Both the position numbers and the translations under genes were made by a program. Positions 9,829-19,670 of a stretch of DNA of 64,000 nt are shown here, in pieces. Each line of letters opens with the position of its first letter. Position 1 is the first letter of the stretch. The DNA is from an uncultured bacterium. GTDB lineage: Bacteria > Babelota > Babeliae > Babelales > Babelaceae. The notes below the pieces were generated by a model. That model did no database searches, was not told the DNA's origin, and saw only the letters and a list, made by a program, of their open reading frames with translations. Location: NCBI GenBank assembly GCA_963819815.1, contig CAWFXL010000001.1, positions 992,001 to 1,056,000 on the forward strand, in the 5' to 3' direction.

Positions 9829-12525
9829 TTAAAATTTCCAGCGCATCTCTACTTCACCACCCAAACTTCCCTCTTGGTCTCGCACCGCTTTTACCGTGAC
9901 ATCATCTGATACGGTATATTCAAGCTCAAGTTGCGTATCGCCCGATAACGTAAGATCGTTCTGAGCTTTTGCACGTAAACGGTCATTAATATCGACCTCA
10001 AGTACCGCCTGAAGATCATCTTGTGTCGCTCCCTTTTTAACCAGTCTCACATTTTTAAGCGGTGTTAAGAGATTCTTTAAGAACTGCTGCGCTGCGCTCA
10101 GCTTTTCTTCAGAACCAAAGATCACATCTCCTATCTGCTGCATAAGCACCCGAGGCATTGCTGCAGATAATGAACCATGATCTGAACCTGCTAAGAGAAG
10201 CGTTATAATCCCCTCTTCAGAAAGCTGCGGTGATGCTTCAAAGCGCACCTGAGGTTGCTCGAGGGTACCCGTTACGCTCATCGTGACCGTATAGGCTCTT
10301 ATTTTGTTTTTCGCTGTTAGATTAATGACCGGCCCTTCAGGCTGATGCGGAGCGAGGATAAGTTTCCCTTGGGTCACAAAAAGTGGCTTGTAAGGGAAAT
10401 CAAAAGAGCCATGGGCAAGTTCAATAACACCCTCCATCTCAGGGCTGGTTGCTTTTCCGGTAATCTTCATATCAATATGTGCATCAGCTTTTAAAAATGA
10501 GGTCTGCACTTTTAGCGGGTTTCTACTTTGCACGCGCAGATCAATATCAATATCACGTCCTTCCTTAGAAAAGGCGGTCGCTTGCATCAAATCTTTTTGC
10601 ACCTGAGAAGATAAAAGGTTACTTCTTAAATGTGCATTCTCGATCATAAGTATTCCAGAGCAGCGCCACGCACCTTCAGCATAGAAAGCCGTGATACCAC
10701 CTGAGATAGTTCCAAAGAGCTCTTTTTGTTTACTAATAAGAAGATCTTTACACTGCAGAGGAACATGTGCTGATGACAACTCACCTGATTCATTCAAGTA
10801 AAAGGTTGCACAAGAGGACCAAGCAAACCCTTTATGCATCGCAATCATAAGATCATGAATCTTCACACAGCGCCGTGCCATATCGATCTCAAGAAGCCCT
10901 GATATCTCTTTAATAACCGTATAGGTTCCAGGTATTTTTAATGAGCCATCTTTCACCAAAAACTCAATACGCTGAACCTCTTTTTCACGTGAAGATCGCA
11001 CCTGCGCCTCAATAGAACCGCTCAGTTGATAACCCGTAAGCGCCTGTATAAGTTTTTTAAGAACGAGACCATCAATCATCCCCTTAAGAGCTTGAGCGTC
11101 TGACCCATCCTGATGCAATGCGATACGCTTCTGATGAAGCGTATCACTCACGGTAAACTTCTTAACCGTAAATGGATTCAATTCAAACTCAAGATGTACC
11201 GGGTTACCCCCCGCAGTACCAACTACTTTGGTATGTTTAAAGTCAGTTGTCACTGAGCCACGCAAGGGTAACTTTGAGGTATCAAAGAGCGTGCTATCCG
11301 CCTTAAATTCAGACTTAAGGATTCCATCCTTATAATAAATCGTTGACCGGCCTTTCTCGAAAGTACAGCGGGGAATACCTTCATAGGGATGAGAAAACGA
11401 CAACGATCCAGAAACTTCTTTTGATGCAAAGCGACCTATAAGAGATCCCTTAAGCCCTATTCCCGACGATTCTGCATCTGAAATAGTTGCTTTAACTTCA
11501 CGCTCATCACCCTCAAGCTTGACATGAGCAGATGATAAGGTCACCCCTCTATACTGAGCATCCGCAAGCTCAGCGTTACCAGAGTACGCATATCCTGTAG
11601 GTACAGCAGAGATAGTGCCGACAAAGCGCACAGTGCCCGCGGCTTCATATGCACGTGCATCATCGATGATACATGATACAAGCTCACCAAGACTACCTTG
11701 TAAAGTTACATCACCCGCCATTCCTTCATCGATAGCTTTTGTACGACCTTCAAAAGAAAGCGAGCCATCTTCAGAACGACAATGGCAGACCCCGACTCCT
11801 TGAGCATAGGTACCATAAAGATTATACCCCATATCACCCTTACTTGATGGCCTCATACCGGTACATTTTAATGTACATGAGTAAGGTGCTTCACTTGGAG
11901 CCTCAATAGTGAGTCGCCCCTGTAGATGTTCAGCAAGGAGCCTGCTTCCATGACGTACGGAGCCATTATGTGCTAACAGATGAGTTACCACATTGCGTGG
12001 TTCAATCGATGTGATCGTCGCACCATGCACCATGAGCTCTCCTGACTCACTAGCTATCGTACCTACTGAGCCCTGGGTGCGATACTGGACAAAGTTCAGA
12101 GGAACGGTAATTGGTGCGTTCATCAAGGCAAAAAATGGCTTTGCTATAGCTAATGATCCTTGTGCGTACTTAGTAAAGAGAACAGGATTCTCAAAGGTGA
12201 CTGATGCATCAAAGGCGTTGGCACCCTTGAACCAAGAAAGCCAAGAGACCTGTAACCGTACTACCGGGCAGGTAAAAGACCATGTTTTATCAGGGGAAGA
12301 TGAGGAAAGATTATGCATGACAATCTCACCATGAAAGAGATCGATCTCATCAACCGAAAGATCGAATGATTCTCCGATAATTGTAGCCATGGAAGAGACG
12401 ATACGTCTTTCAAGAGCTCCCTTTAACCGAGGATCATTTTGCAGAATGCCAACTGCAACAGCACAACCCAGGAGAAGTGCGGCTGGAAGTTTGACGAAAA
12501 GAAAAGCAACATTCTTCAAGCTCAT
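9829..12525 (-). CDS. tamB: Translocation/assembly module TamB-like (AsmA/DUF490) protein
   Basis: N-terminal TM anchor, long beta-rich body, DUF490-like C-terminus (V.GTLEQPQVRFEASPQLSEE.I.TLLL.G), ends EMRWKF. Confidence 0.75.
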   Translation of the reverse strand: MSLKNVAFLFVKLPAALLLGCAVAVGILQNDPRLKGALERRIVSSMATIIGESFDLSVDEIDLFHGEIVMHNLSSSSPDKTWSFTCPVVRLQVSWLSWFKGANAFDASVTFENPVLFTKYAQGSLAIAKPFFALMNAPITVPLNFVQYRTQGSVGTIASESGELMVHGATITSIEPRNVVTHLLAHNGSVRHGSRLLAEHLQGRLTIEAPSEAPYSCTLKCTGMRPSSKGDMGYNLYGTYAQGVGVCHCRSEDGSLSFEGRTKAIDEGMAGDVTLQGSLGELVSCIIDDARAYEAAGTVRFVGTISAVPTGYAYSGNAELADAQYRGVTLSSAHVKLEGDEREVKATISDAESSGIGLKGSLIGRFASKEVSGSLSFSHPYEGIPRCTFEKGRSTIYYKDGILKSEFKADSTLFDTSKLPLRGSVTTDFKHTKVVGTAGGNPVHLEFELNPFTVKKFTVSDTLHQKRIALHQDGSDAQALKGMIDGLVLKKLIQALTGYQLSGSIEAQVRSSREKEVQRIEFLVKDGSLKIPGTYTVIKEISGLLEIDMARRCVKIHDLMIAMHKGFAWSSCATFYLNESGELSSAHVPLQCKDLLISKQKELFGTISGGITAFYAEGAWRCSGILMIENAHLRSNLLSSQVQKDLMQATAFSKEGRDIDIDLRVQSRNPLKVQTSFLKADAHIDMKITGKATSPEMEGVIELAHGSFDFPYKPLFVTQGKLILAPHQPEGPVINLTAKNKIRAYTVTMSVTGTLEQPQVRFEASPQLSEEGIITLLLAGSDHGSLSAAMPRVLMQQIGDVIFGSEEKLSAAQQFLKNLLTPLKNVRLVKKGATQDDLQAVLEVDINDRLRAKAQNDLTLSGDTQLELEYTVSDDVTVKAVRDQEGSLGGEVEMRWKF

Positions 12526-12795
12526 GTCTCACTGGTAGGGCTTACTTTATCTGAGCTTAGTGTACACCAATCCACACAGGCGGCCAAGTCCCTTAGCTTG
12601 TCAAAGGCTTCTGAGCTCAAACCCCTATCTCACAACCTATGCGGGCAAAGACAATGCATGACGGACAAGAGTGATTATCTTGAGAAGTCAAGAAAAGTTG
12701 ATAGCGCGCCTTCAAGCATGCCCTTTCTTGCCTAGTATATTGAAATATTGGGCTGAGTAGCAGATGCACTGAACGAAAAGCATTGTATTTTCAAC

Positions 12796-13326
12796 CTATT
12801 CGAGAGGATCCCATACCTGAGATGAAAAGATATAGCGATAGCGACGCAACCCTGTAATTGCAGATGCATCAGTTGTGAGTGCATACAAGCATGATCGAGC
12901 TTCATCAGCAAGATAGAGAGTCCCTGCACTAAGCGTACCATCTTGATATGCCTCTAAGGTACTCTTTTTAAAGGTGATAGCGTGTGTAATCACCTTCGTT
13001 GGATTGCCAGGAGGTCCTTTTACTTTTTGTGGTAGTGCAAAGAGAACCTGGGGAGCAAGGTACTGCGTAGAATCAACTGTAAACGATCGTTCTCCTTCAT
13101 CAAAGGTAATGCGCTGGGTACGACCCTCAAGAAGAGCCTTTCTTCGCACATAGACAAGTGCTGCATAGAGCCGGTTAAGTTCAGTACGTACAAGAAATGG
13201 ATGATACACTGCATAGTTCCCCACCATCAAACAAGTGATAAGTCCTAGAAGCATAATGGCACAACAGATCTCTATAAGAGTAGTTCCGGGAGAGCTATGT
13301 AGTAATACCTTCTTGAGATGTCGCAA
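12796..13326 (-). CDS. Type II secretion/type IV pilus minor pseudopilin (GspH/FimT-like)
   Basis: Probable TTG start at 13326 after AAGAGG. Class III leader MRHLKKVLLHSSPG|TTLIE followed by a hydrophobic helix; overlaps the gspE stop. Confidence 0.7.
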   Translation of the reverse strand: MRHLKKVLLHSSPGTTLIEICCAIMLLGLITCLMVGNYAVYHPFLVRTELNRLYAALVYVRRKALLEGRTQRITFDEGERSFTVDSTQYLAPQVLFALPQKVKGPPGNPTKVITHAITFKKSTLEAYQDGTLSAGTLYLADEARSCLYALTTDASAITGLRRYRYIFSSQVWDPLE

Positions 13327-15004
13327 CAGAGAGAACCTCTTCAATCGTGGTGAGGCCTTCTTTAATTTTGCGCACGCCGTCATCAACGAGTAAGGTCATG
13401 CCATCTTTGACCGCCTGCTCTTGTATAACTGCCGTATCTGAACGCTCAAGCGTTAACCGCGCTATAGGCTGGGTCATGACCATAATCTCAAAGAGGGCTA
13501 TTCGTCCACGATACCCTGTTTGGAGACATTCGTCACAACCAACAGGCTCATAAAACACCACCTTCTCGATCTCCTTCTTTGTCAAAGGAAGCCTTTTCAG
13601 AACTGCTTCTGACGGGCGATATTCACGCTTACATACTTCACAGAGTTTTCTGACAAGACGCTGGGCTACAATGGCAACAATCGTAGACGCTATCAAGAAT
13701 GGTTCGATACCCATATCAATAAGACGGGTTATCGATGCCGCAGCACTATTGGTATGCAAGGTGCTTAATACTAAGTGACCAGTCAATGCTGCTTGAATCG
13801 CAATTTGCGAAGTCTCTTGGTCGCGCAACTCACCAATCATCACAATATCAGGATCTTGACGCAATATCGATCTTAAAGCTGCTGCAAACGTGAGACCTAT
13901 CTTTTCTTTTACTTGTACTTGGCCGATCCCAGCAAGTTGGTACTCAACCGGATCTTCTACGGTAATAATATTTACTTCAGGCGAGTTAAGGGTCGTTAAT
14001 ATTGAGTAGAGCGTAGACGTCTTACCAGACCCTGTTGGACCGGTGATGAGCAGGATACCATTTGGTTGGGTAATACTCTGCTGAATCACCTCATAATCTC
14101 GCTGACTAAACCCAAGAGCATTGAGCGCTTGAGCAGTTCGGGTCTTATCTAAGATACGCATCACAATACGCTCCCCAAAAGAAACCGGTAATGTCGAAAC
14201 ACGAATATCTATCGGCTTATCTGCTATCTTAATTTGGATACGACCATCTTGAGGTATCCGCTTTTCAGCAATATTCATCCCTGCCATGATTTTAATACGG
14301 GAGGTTAAAGCTGCTTGCGCACGCTTTGGAGGCAGAAATACGGTATACATAACACCATCGATACGGTACCGTACACGGAGCTCTTTTTCAAACGGTTCAA
14401 GATGAATATCAGAAGCCTCACGTTTAACCGCTTGGTACAAGATATGGTTCACTAACTTAATAATAGGAGCTTCACTTGCCATACCAAGGATATCTTCCTC
14501 TTCAATGGCACCGAAGTCCACCCCCTCTATTTGGGTTTCTTCTTCAAGTTCCTCGATCATCTCTTTGGTACCCTCAAGTGGGTAGTACCTATTGATCGCA
14601 TCAATAATGAGCGAGCGCGTCGCGACAGCAATCTTTGTGTTACCACCAAGAAGAATATTAAGTTCATCTAAGGGTTGAAAGTCAGATGGCTGAGAGGTTA
14701 CTAAGAAGATCGTATTATCTTGACTTATCGGGATGACCAGTTGATCACGTAAAAACTTAAGAGGAATACGGGCAAGCAGATCTGGATCGGCCATCTTTTC
14801 AGAGATCGACTCAATGACTGGCACGTTAAAGAGCTCAGCATAACAAGAAACCAGCTCTTTTTCCTCTACAAGACCATTAGTGCGAAGATAGTCTGCAAGG
14901 GGAAGATGGGCCTCCTTGCTTGCCGCTTGATATTCTTCAAGCTGAGACTGCGTAAGAAGGTTTCGCTGAACTAACAGATCTGCAAGAGTTTTTCGTGTCG
15001 CCAT
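13295..15004 (-). CDS. gspE: GspE/PilB-family secretion ATPase
   Basis: Walker A GPTGSGKT, TVEDPVEY, LRQDPDIVMIGELRD, TGHLVLSTLHTN, tetra-Cys motif. Start re-called at ATG 15004. Confidence 0.93.
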   Translation of the reverse strand: MATRKTLADLLVQRNLLTQSQLEEYQAASKEAHLPLADYLRTNGLVEEKELVSCYAELFNVPVIESISEKMADPDLLARIPLKFLRDQLVIPISQDNTIFLVTSQPSDFQPLDELNILLGGNTKIAVATRSLIIDAINRYYPLEGTKEMIEELEEETQIEGVDFGAIEEEDILGMASEAPIIKLVNHILYQAVKREASDIHLEPFEKELRVRYRIDGVMYTVFLPPKRAQAALTSRIKIMAGMNIAEKRIPQDGRIQIKIADKPIDIRVSTLPVSFGERIVMRILDKTRTAQALNALGFSQRDYEVIQQSITQPNGILLITGPTGSGKTSTLYSILTTLNSPEVNIITVEDPVEYQLAGIGQVQVKEKIGLTFAAALRSILRQDPDIVMIGELRDQETSQIAIQAALTGHLVLSTLHTNSAAASITRLIDMGIEPFLIASTIVAIVAQRLVRKLCEVCKREYRPSEAVLKRLPLTKKEIEKVVFYEPVGCDECLQTGYRGRIALFEIMVMTQPIARLTLERSDTAVIQEQAVKDGMTLLVDDGVRKIKEGLTTIEEVLSVATSQEGITT

Positions 15005-15137
15005 GCTACCTGTGGGGTAAAGAATTTGTATCCGTCGGTATGAGCATACCAAAAAGCGTAAAATATTCATACTCTTGCGAAATTTAGCCACTCTGGTAGG
15101 GTTAATTAAGATAGGATCTTACATTAAAGGAACATCC

Positions 15138-16070
15138 ATGAAATTCGTCCTCCCTACTTGTCTAACTATTCCACTGCTTTGTAGTATCATAAATATTTCT
15201 GTTCCTCTCTATGCAAAGCGCCATAGCCTTATCAATAAAACTGAACGCTATGAAAAGCGTGCCAAAGCAGCAGCACAAGCACACAGCCCCCTTGCTTCAG
15301 CATTGAGTAAGCAGACTAAGCATATGTCATATGAAGAAGCAATCATTGCCCAAGACTATTATCGTACTGCTAAGGAGCCTGACATGGTCATGAAAACGGG
15401 CGAGCGCATACTAGCAGTTGGGGGAAACCAGACCATTCAAGGTGTTCAAGAAGTTTTAAGGAAAACTCGTCTTGAACTTGCTGAGCTTTCCTTAGATAAA
15501 AAGAAATATGCCGATGCTGAACGGCATGCTCAAGATTACTTAACCTTTTATCCAGGTTCTGCTGAAAGCAAAAAAGCTTCTTTCATTTCTCTCAGTGCAG
15601 CGCATCGTTCTCAACTACATTCGCATCGCGACCAACAAAAAACAGTAACTACAATCGAACAAGCTACTGCATTTCTCGAAAAATATCCTCAGGACGCTGA
15701 GTTTCGTCCTAATGTAGAGCAGATGCTCCATCAAAGTTATCTGAAGCTCATTCGTAGTGAGCTTAATATTATCGAAACTGAGCTTATGTTATGGAGATGC
15801 AATAACACTCCCGCCATCCTTCAGGCAGCAGATAAACGGCTCCTAGATATCAAAGAAAAATTTCTTTCTCATGCACCCGAAGCTCGCAAACGGGTACTTG
15901 AAAAAGAAATACTCATCTCAGAAGCACTTGGTAATACTGAGCGGATGCAGACAGCTCAGAAAGAGTTAGCATCACTCCCTCCACAAACGACTCCAGCTCA
16001 GACAAACACCAGTTCATGGCAGACGGTAAAAAACTATTTTAATGAAGATATTAGTGCTTATTTTGCTTAA
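15138..16070 (+). CDS. TPR protein, BamD-like outer-membrane assembly factor
   Basis: AAAGGA SD, ATG 15138, signal peptide. TPR-like LELAELSLDKKKYADAERHAQDYLTFYPGS and RDQQKT..TIEQATAFLEKYP resemble BamD. Confidence 0.65.
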   Translation: MKFVLPTCLTIPLLCSIINISVPLYAKRHSLINKTERYEKRAKAAAQAHSPLASALSKQTKHMSYEEAIIAQDYYRTAKEPDMVMKTGERILAVGGNQTIQGVQEVLRKTRLELAELSLDKKKYADAERHAQDYLTFYPGSAESKKASFISLSAAHRSQLHSHRDQQKTVTTIEQATAFLEKYPQDAEFRPNVEQMLHQSYLKLIRSELNIIETELMLWRCNNTPAILQAADKRLLDIKEKFLSHAPEARKRVLEKEILISEALGNTERMQTAQKELASLPPQTTPAQTNTSSWQTVKNYFNEDISAYFA

Positions 16071-16100
16071 TCGGTGAGGAAGAAGTACAGAGTGGGTGAG

Positions 16101-16415
16101 CTATTTTTTAAGCTTACACAGAATAAGATCTTTCAAGCTCATCTCGTTTTCCATGGCTTCAGAGGCAAGTTGAGCATGTAGATCGCTGCCCATTTTGAGC
16201 TTCAACTTTCCTGAATAACTTCTTTGCGGTTCTTTGTTACCAAGCTCGCAATTCCACTCAAGGTAATTATCAACAGAATCTCTGAATGCTTGATTAAGTT
16301 CATCAACTGACGCCCCTTGAAACGATATGACATCTTTAATGCCGATAACAGTCCCAAAGAATAGCCTGTCTGAAGGGTAGTAGGTTACCTTGCCAACATA
16401 TCCTTTATAATGCAT
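16101..16415 (-). CDS. hicB: HicB-family antitoxin (orphan)
   Basis: YKGY.GKV...D.LFFG.V.GIKDVISFQG.SV.EL..AFRDSVD.YL, YSGKL.L, RHH-like C-terminus; GGAGG SD. Confidence 0.9.
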   Translation of the reverse strand: MHYKGYVGKVTYYPSDRLFFGTVIGIKDVISFQGASVDELNQAFRDSVDNYLEWNCELGNKEPQRSYSGKLKLKMGSDLHAQLASEAMENEMSLKDLILCKLKK

Positions 16416-16520
16416 AGTGCCTCCATTTTGTTAAAATCGGTTTTCTCAAACTCATCCACTCCTTTTCTTATAGTGCCTGTAATATATAGCATTCAATACA
16501 ACTGATGTAATAACATGAGA

Positions 16521-16552
16521 GCATACTACCACAGAGCAGTACTATGCGTCAA
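16521..16552 (-). promoter_or_regulatory. Putative hicB promoter with overlapping palindromic operator
   Basis: Minus strand TTGACG-18 nt-TAGTAT; imperfect inverted repeat GCATACTAC (16521-16529)/GTACTATGC (16539-16547). Confidence 0.45.
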
Positions 16553-16599
16553 ATAATCTTGCTTGATCCATGAATAGATAAAGCATCACACAACAAGTT

Positions 16600-17469
16600 T
16601 TAGTGATTCTTAATAGACAGTGCACAGATAAGCCAATTTTTCCAGTCTGCAGAGCTCTCTTCAAGAGACCAACATGCAGCAAGTACTGCCTGTGAAAAAC
16701 TTACTCTCACCAGAAATTCCCTATCAGATGCAAGAAGATCGGCAAACTGATCAAATCGACGTCCTATCAAAGTGGATCTATTTGGATTGTTAATAATGTT
16801 CAAAAGAGGATTGCGCATATAGGCGCCAACATCAAAGCCAAATGGGGCCAGCACACCTTTTGGATCGATAGCAACCCATCCACGCTCACTCGCTAACACA
16901 TTTCCTTGATGCAGATCACCATGCGCTAAGAAGCAGGGTTGCGCTTCCTCAATGAGTTCACGCACCCAACGTCGTGCCAGCATAAGATATTCTTGTGGAA
17001 TCTCAGGGTGATCTATATAGAGGGCACGAAACCATTCTTTCATATCCGGAAATTCACAATTTTCAGAGGTGACCTTAAACTTCTTTATCAGTTCGGCAAC
17101 AATCGCTGTTGCTTCTTCATCATCGACAGCAAGAACAGTCCCTGGCTCTAGGCGCTCAAGCAGTAACGCTCCTTGGTCACTATCATACTCATATACCCGA
17201 ACAGCGCCATTGCCAGCATAGGCACTCAAGGCAAGCCATTCTCTATGAAGGCTCAACTCATCACAACTCAGTTTTAGTACTACAGGACCATGTGGACTCT
17301 TAGCATGAGCAACGAAGGCATAGGAAAGATCAGGGAAAAGCACAATATCGGTCAGTTGCCATCGCAAAGTCAACAAAGCTATACGCACATCCAAGCTCTT
17401 TAACCAGTCAATACCTGACGCACCCCATGTGCGCTGTATAGTAGTAACAAAAGACTCTGGCAGATTCAT
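16600..17469 (-). CDS. Aminoglycoside/hydroxyurea resistance kinase, APH(6)-like
   Basis: VVLKL, GALLLERL.PG, LAHGDLHQGNVL, WVAIDPKG. Confidence 0.85.
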   Translation of the reverse strand: MNLPESFVTTIQRTWGASGIDWLKSLDVRIALLTLRWQLTDIVLFPDLSYAFVAHAKSPHGPVVLKLSCDELSLHREWLALSAYAGNGAVRVYEYDSDQGALLLERLEPGTVLAVDDEEATAIVAELIKKFKVTSENCEFPDMKEWFRALYIDHPEIPQEYLMLARRWVRELIEEAQPCFLAHGDLHQGNVLASERGWVAIDPKGVLAPFGFDVGAYMRNPLLNIINNPNRSTLIGRRFDQFADLLASDREFLVRVSFSQAVLAACWSLEESSADWKNWLICALSIKNH

Positions 17470-17536
17470 TTCATAACTCTATTAGGCCTAGAACACCATT
17501 AGGATGCACCCAGCTAGGCACGACCATCAAAAACTC

Positions 17537-18679
17537 TTATGACTTCTCCTGCAGGCATAAGATGATCGTTTCACAATTGTCTTTGATAGCTTCTTCATAT
17601 TCAGCCTTATCCTCATCAGATATGTTCATTGACTCAATCAATTCTTTGAAAAGTGCTAGATAAGTTTCTGCATGAAGACCTTCGATACATTTTTGGGCAA
17701 CATCTTGATGGACAGAACAAATACGGGCAGCCTGAACAAGTTTTGTCCAGTTATTGGTAAAGCGATATACCGTAATAATATTTTGCTCTTCGTCCTCTTC
17801 TGGACATAAAATACACTCAATGCGAAGATGCACTCGCTTTTCAAGGAGAGAATATATCAAAGCTCCTGCCTCCTCTGAAACGCTTTTTTTCAGTCCCAAT
17901 TCTCTCAGTCGCTCGCCCGAGTGAGGATGGGTAGAAAGAGGACTTTTCAGATCAGGCTCAAAGCCTTCTACCGTTTTAAAAAAATCGGCAGCAGCTTCCC
18001 GGATTTCATCTGCCCCATAGAGAGGTGCAAGTCTTTCAAGGGCAATCGCATCAGCCTCAAACTCTTGTGATCTCGAGAGCTTGCTCGCAAGAAGAGCCCC
18101 TAACCTATAACAAGCACTCACAATGTTTGAGTAGATAAAAAAATCGCATCCAACTTCTCTATACGATTTAGAGATCCAGGGTGTGTGCTCTTCTAAGGAA
18201 GCGTATGCCTTCTCTGAAAGTTTATAATGCTTATCAAGCTTTCTAAAAAGATACCACCCAATAAGAGGAATCCCAAATTGAAACATAACGCGTGGAAGAA
18301 CATGAGCTTTTTCAACGTGAGCAAGCTCATGAGCGATCACAAACTTTTGTGAAAGAGGAGCTTTTTTATACGTATTGAACCAATCATCACTAAAATATAG
18401 GTTGTTGCCCAAACAGTGAGGTCCTAGATATGCGCGCAAGGGATGATATGCATATACATCTACACCTTCTATATTCATTTCCTTAGCAACAGATCTAACA
18501 AACTCTTCATGAGCTGAGCTAAGTGTACCACTTTGTTGGTTAGCAAGTTTGAAAAGGCCTTCCACGAGGTTTCCCAAAATGCCATTGCAGAGCCTACGGG
18601 CACTAAAACTGGCGTTAGCTGAACAGAGAAAAAAGCTCATCGAAACAAGAATCGTTCTTGCTAGAATATGGTTCATCAA
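17537..18679 (-). CDS. Exported M48-family zinc metalloprotease
   Basis: Signal peptide; VIAHELAH (HExxH), QEFEAD, STHP..GER. Confidence 0.8.
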   Translation of the reverse strand: MMNHILARTILVSMSFFLCSANASFSARRLCNGILGNLVEGLFKLANQQSGTLSSAHEEFVRSVAKEMNIEGVDVYAYHPLRAYLGPHCLGNNLYFSDDWFNTYKKAPLSQKFVIAHELAHVEKAHVLPRVMFQFGIPLIGWYLFRKLDKHYKLSEKAYASLEEHTPWISKSYREVGCDFFIYSNIVSACYRLGALLASKLSRSQEFEADAIALERLAPLYGADEIREAAADFFKTVEGFEPDLKSPLSTHPHSGERLRELGLKKSVSEEAGALIYSLLEKRVHLRIECILCPEEDEEQNIITVYRFTNNWTKLVQAARICSVHQDVAQKCIEGLHAETYLALFKELIESMNISDEDKAEYEEAIKDNCETIILCLQEKS

Positions 18680-19022
18680 ATTTCCTTATACTATAAGATA
18701 CATAGGTCTGTAGAGAGAATTAGTAGCTGAAATAGTAGCTACTGTTAAGTATATAGTACCAGCAAGAAACCTCAACTCAACTAATCCCGCTCCTTGCCAC
18801 ACCTCCCACTCGATCAACACTGTCCCCTTACCTATTGACGAACACCCCGAGAGATACAACCTGCTAAACTGGTATGCACCGCTCGTCCATGATACCTCTA
18901 AGCCTCAACAGTCTTTATTCTATGTAGTAGAAAATCATGCGCTCAAGAATCATCTGAAGTTCGCTATTCCTCTGATTCTTTGTATACTCTAGAAAGACCC
19001 TGCAACCGCAACGCACAATACG

Positions 19023-19670
19023 ATGAGAGAACTCTATATACGACTCATTACCGGATTCACCTTAGGGATTTTTGCACTAGGGCTATTCTTTCTTCCGGCC
19101 TGGGCATTTGGGCTCCTGTGCCTTGGTCTCCTAATTCGAATACTCGTGAGGGAATGGCCCCGCCTTATAAAGCCTCAGGATCCCTTATTCTGGGCACTTA
19201 TGCCTTTCTATCCGATTCTTCCTGTAGTCATGATTGTCTATCTTCAATGCACGGGATACGACCTGCTTAATCTTATGCTCATTACGCTGGTAGCCGCACA
19301 GGATACAGGCGCTTACTTTATAGGAAAACATTTGGGTAAGCACCCTATTAGTCCTGCTATTAGTCCGAAGAAATCTTGGGAAGGATTTGTTGGAGGAACG
19401 GTATTCTCTTTTTTGTGCTCACTCGTATTTTTTGGAAACAATGCAGTAGCACTTATCATTGGATCTGTAGTACCTTTTGTCTTGAGTATCAATTTCGCTG
19501 CACTAGCAGGGGATCTTTTTGAATCTTTCTTAAAAAGACGCGCCGGTTTAAAAGATGCAGGCACGATGCTTCCAGGACATGGTGGCATACTCGACCGTAT
19601 AGATGGTCTTCTCTTTGCGGCAGTGATTGTATTTCTCACCAGAAATTGGCTTATTCTCTTACTTGGTTAG
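19023..19670 (+). CDS. cdsA: Phosphatidate cytidylyltransferase
   Basis: DTGAYFIG, ISPKKSWEG, GDLFESFLKR.AG.KD.G..LPGHGGILDRIDG. Confidence 0.95.
   Translation: MRELYIRLITGFTLGIFALGLFFLPAWAFGLLCLGLLIRILVREWPRLIKPQDPLFWALMPFYPILPVVMIVYLQCTGYDLLNLMLITLVAAQDTGAYFIGKHLGKHPISPAISPKKSWEGFVGGTVFSFLCSLVFFGNNAVALIIGSVVPFVLSINFAALAGDLFESFLKRRAGLKDAGTMLPGHGGILDRIDGLLFAAVIVFLTRNWLILLLG

Noticed and set aside
16600..17469. Acquired streptomycin resistance gene (strB)
   Set aside because: Only family-level APH(6)-like motifs, no mobile context, and the substrate cannot be inferred.
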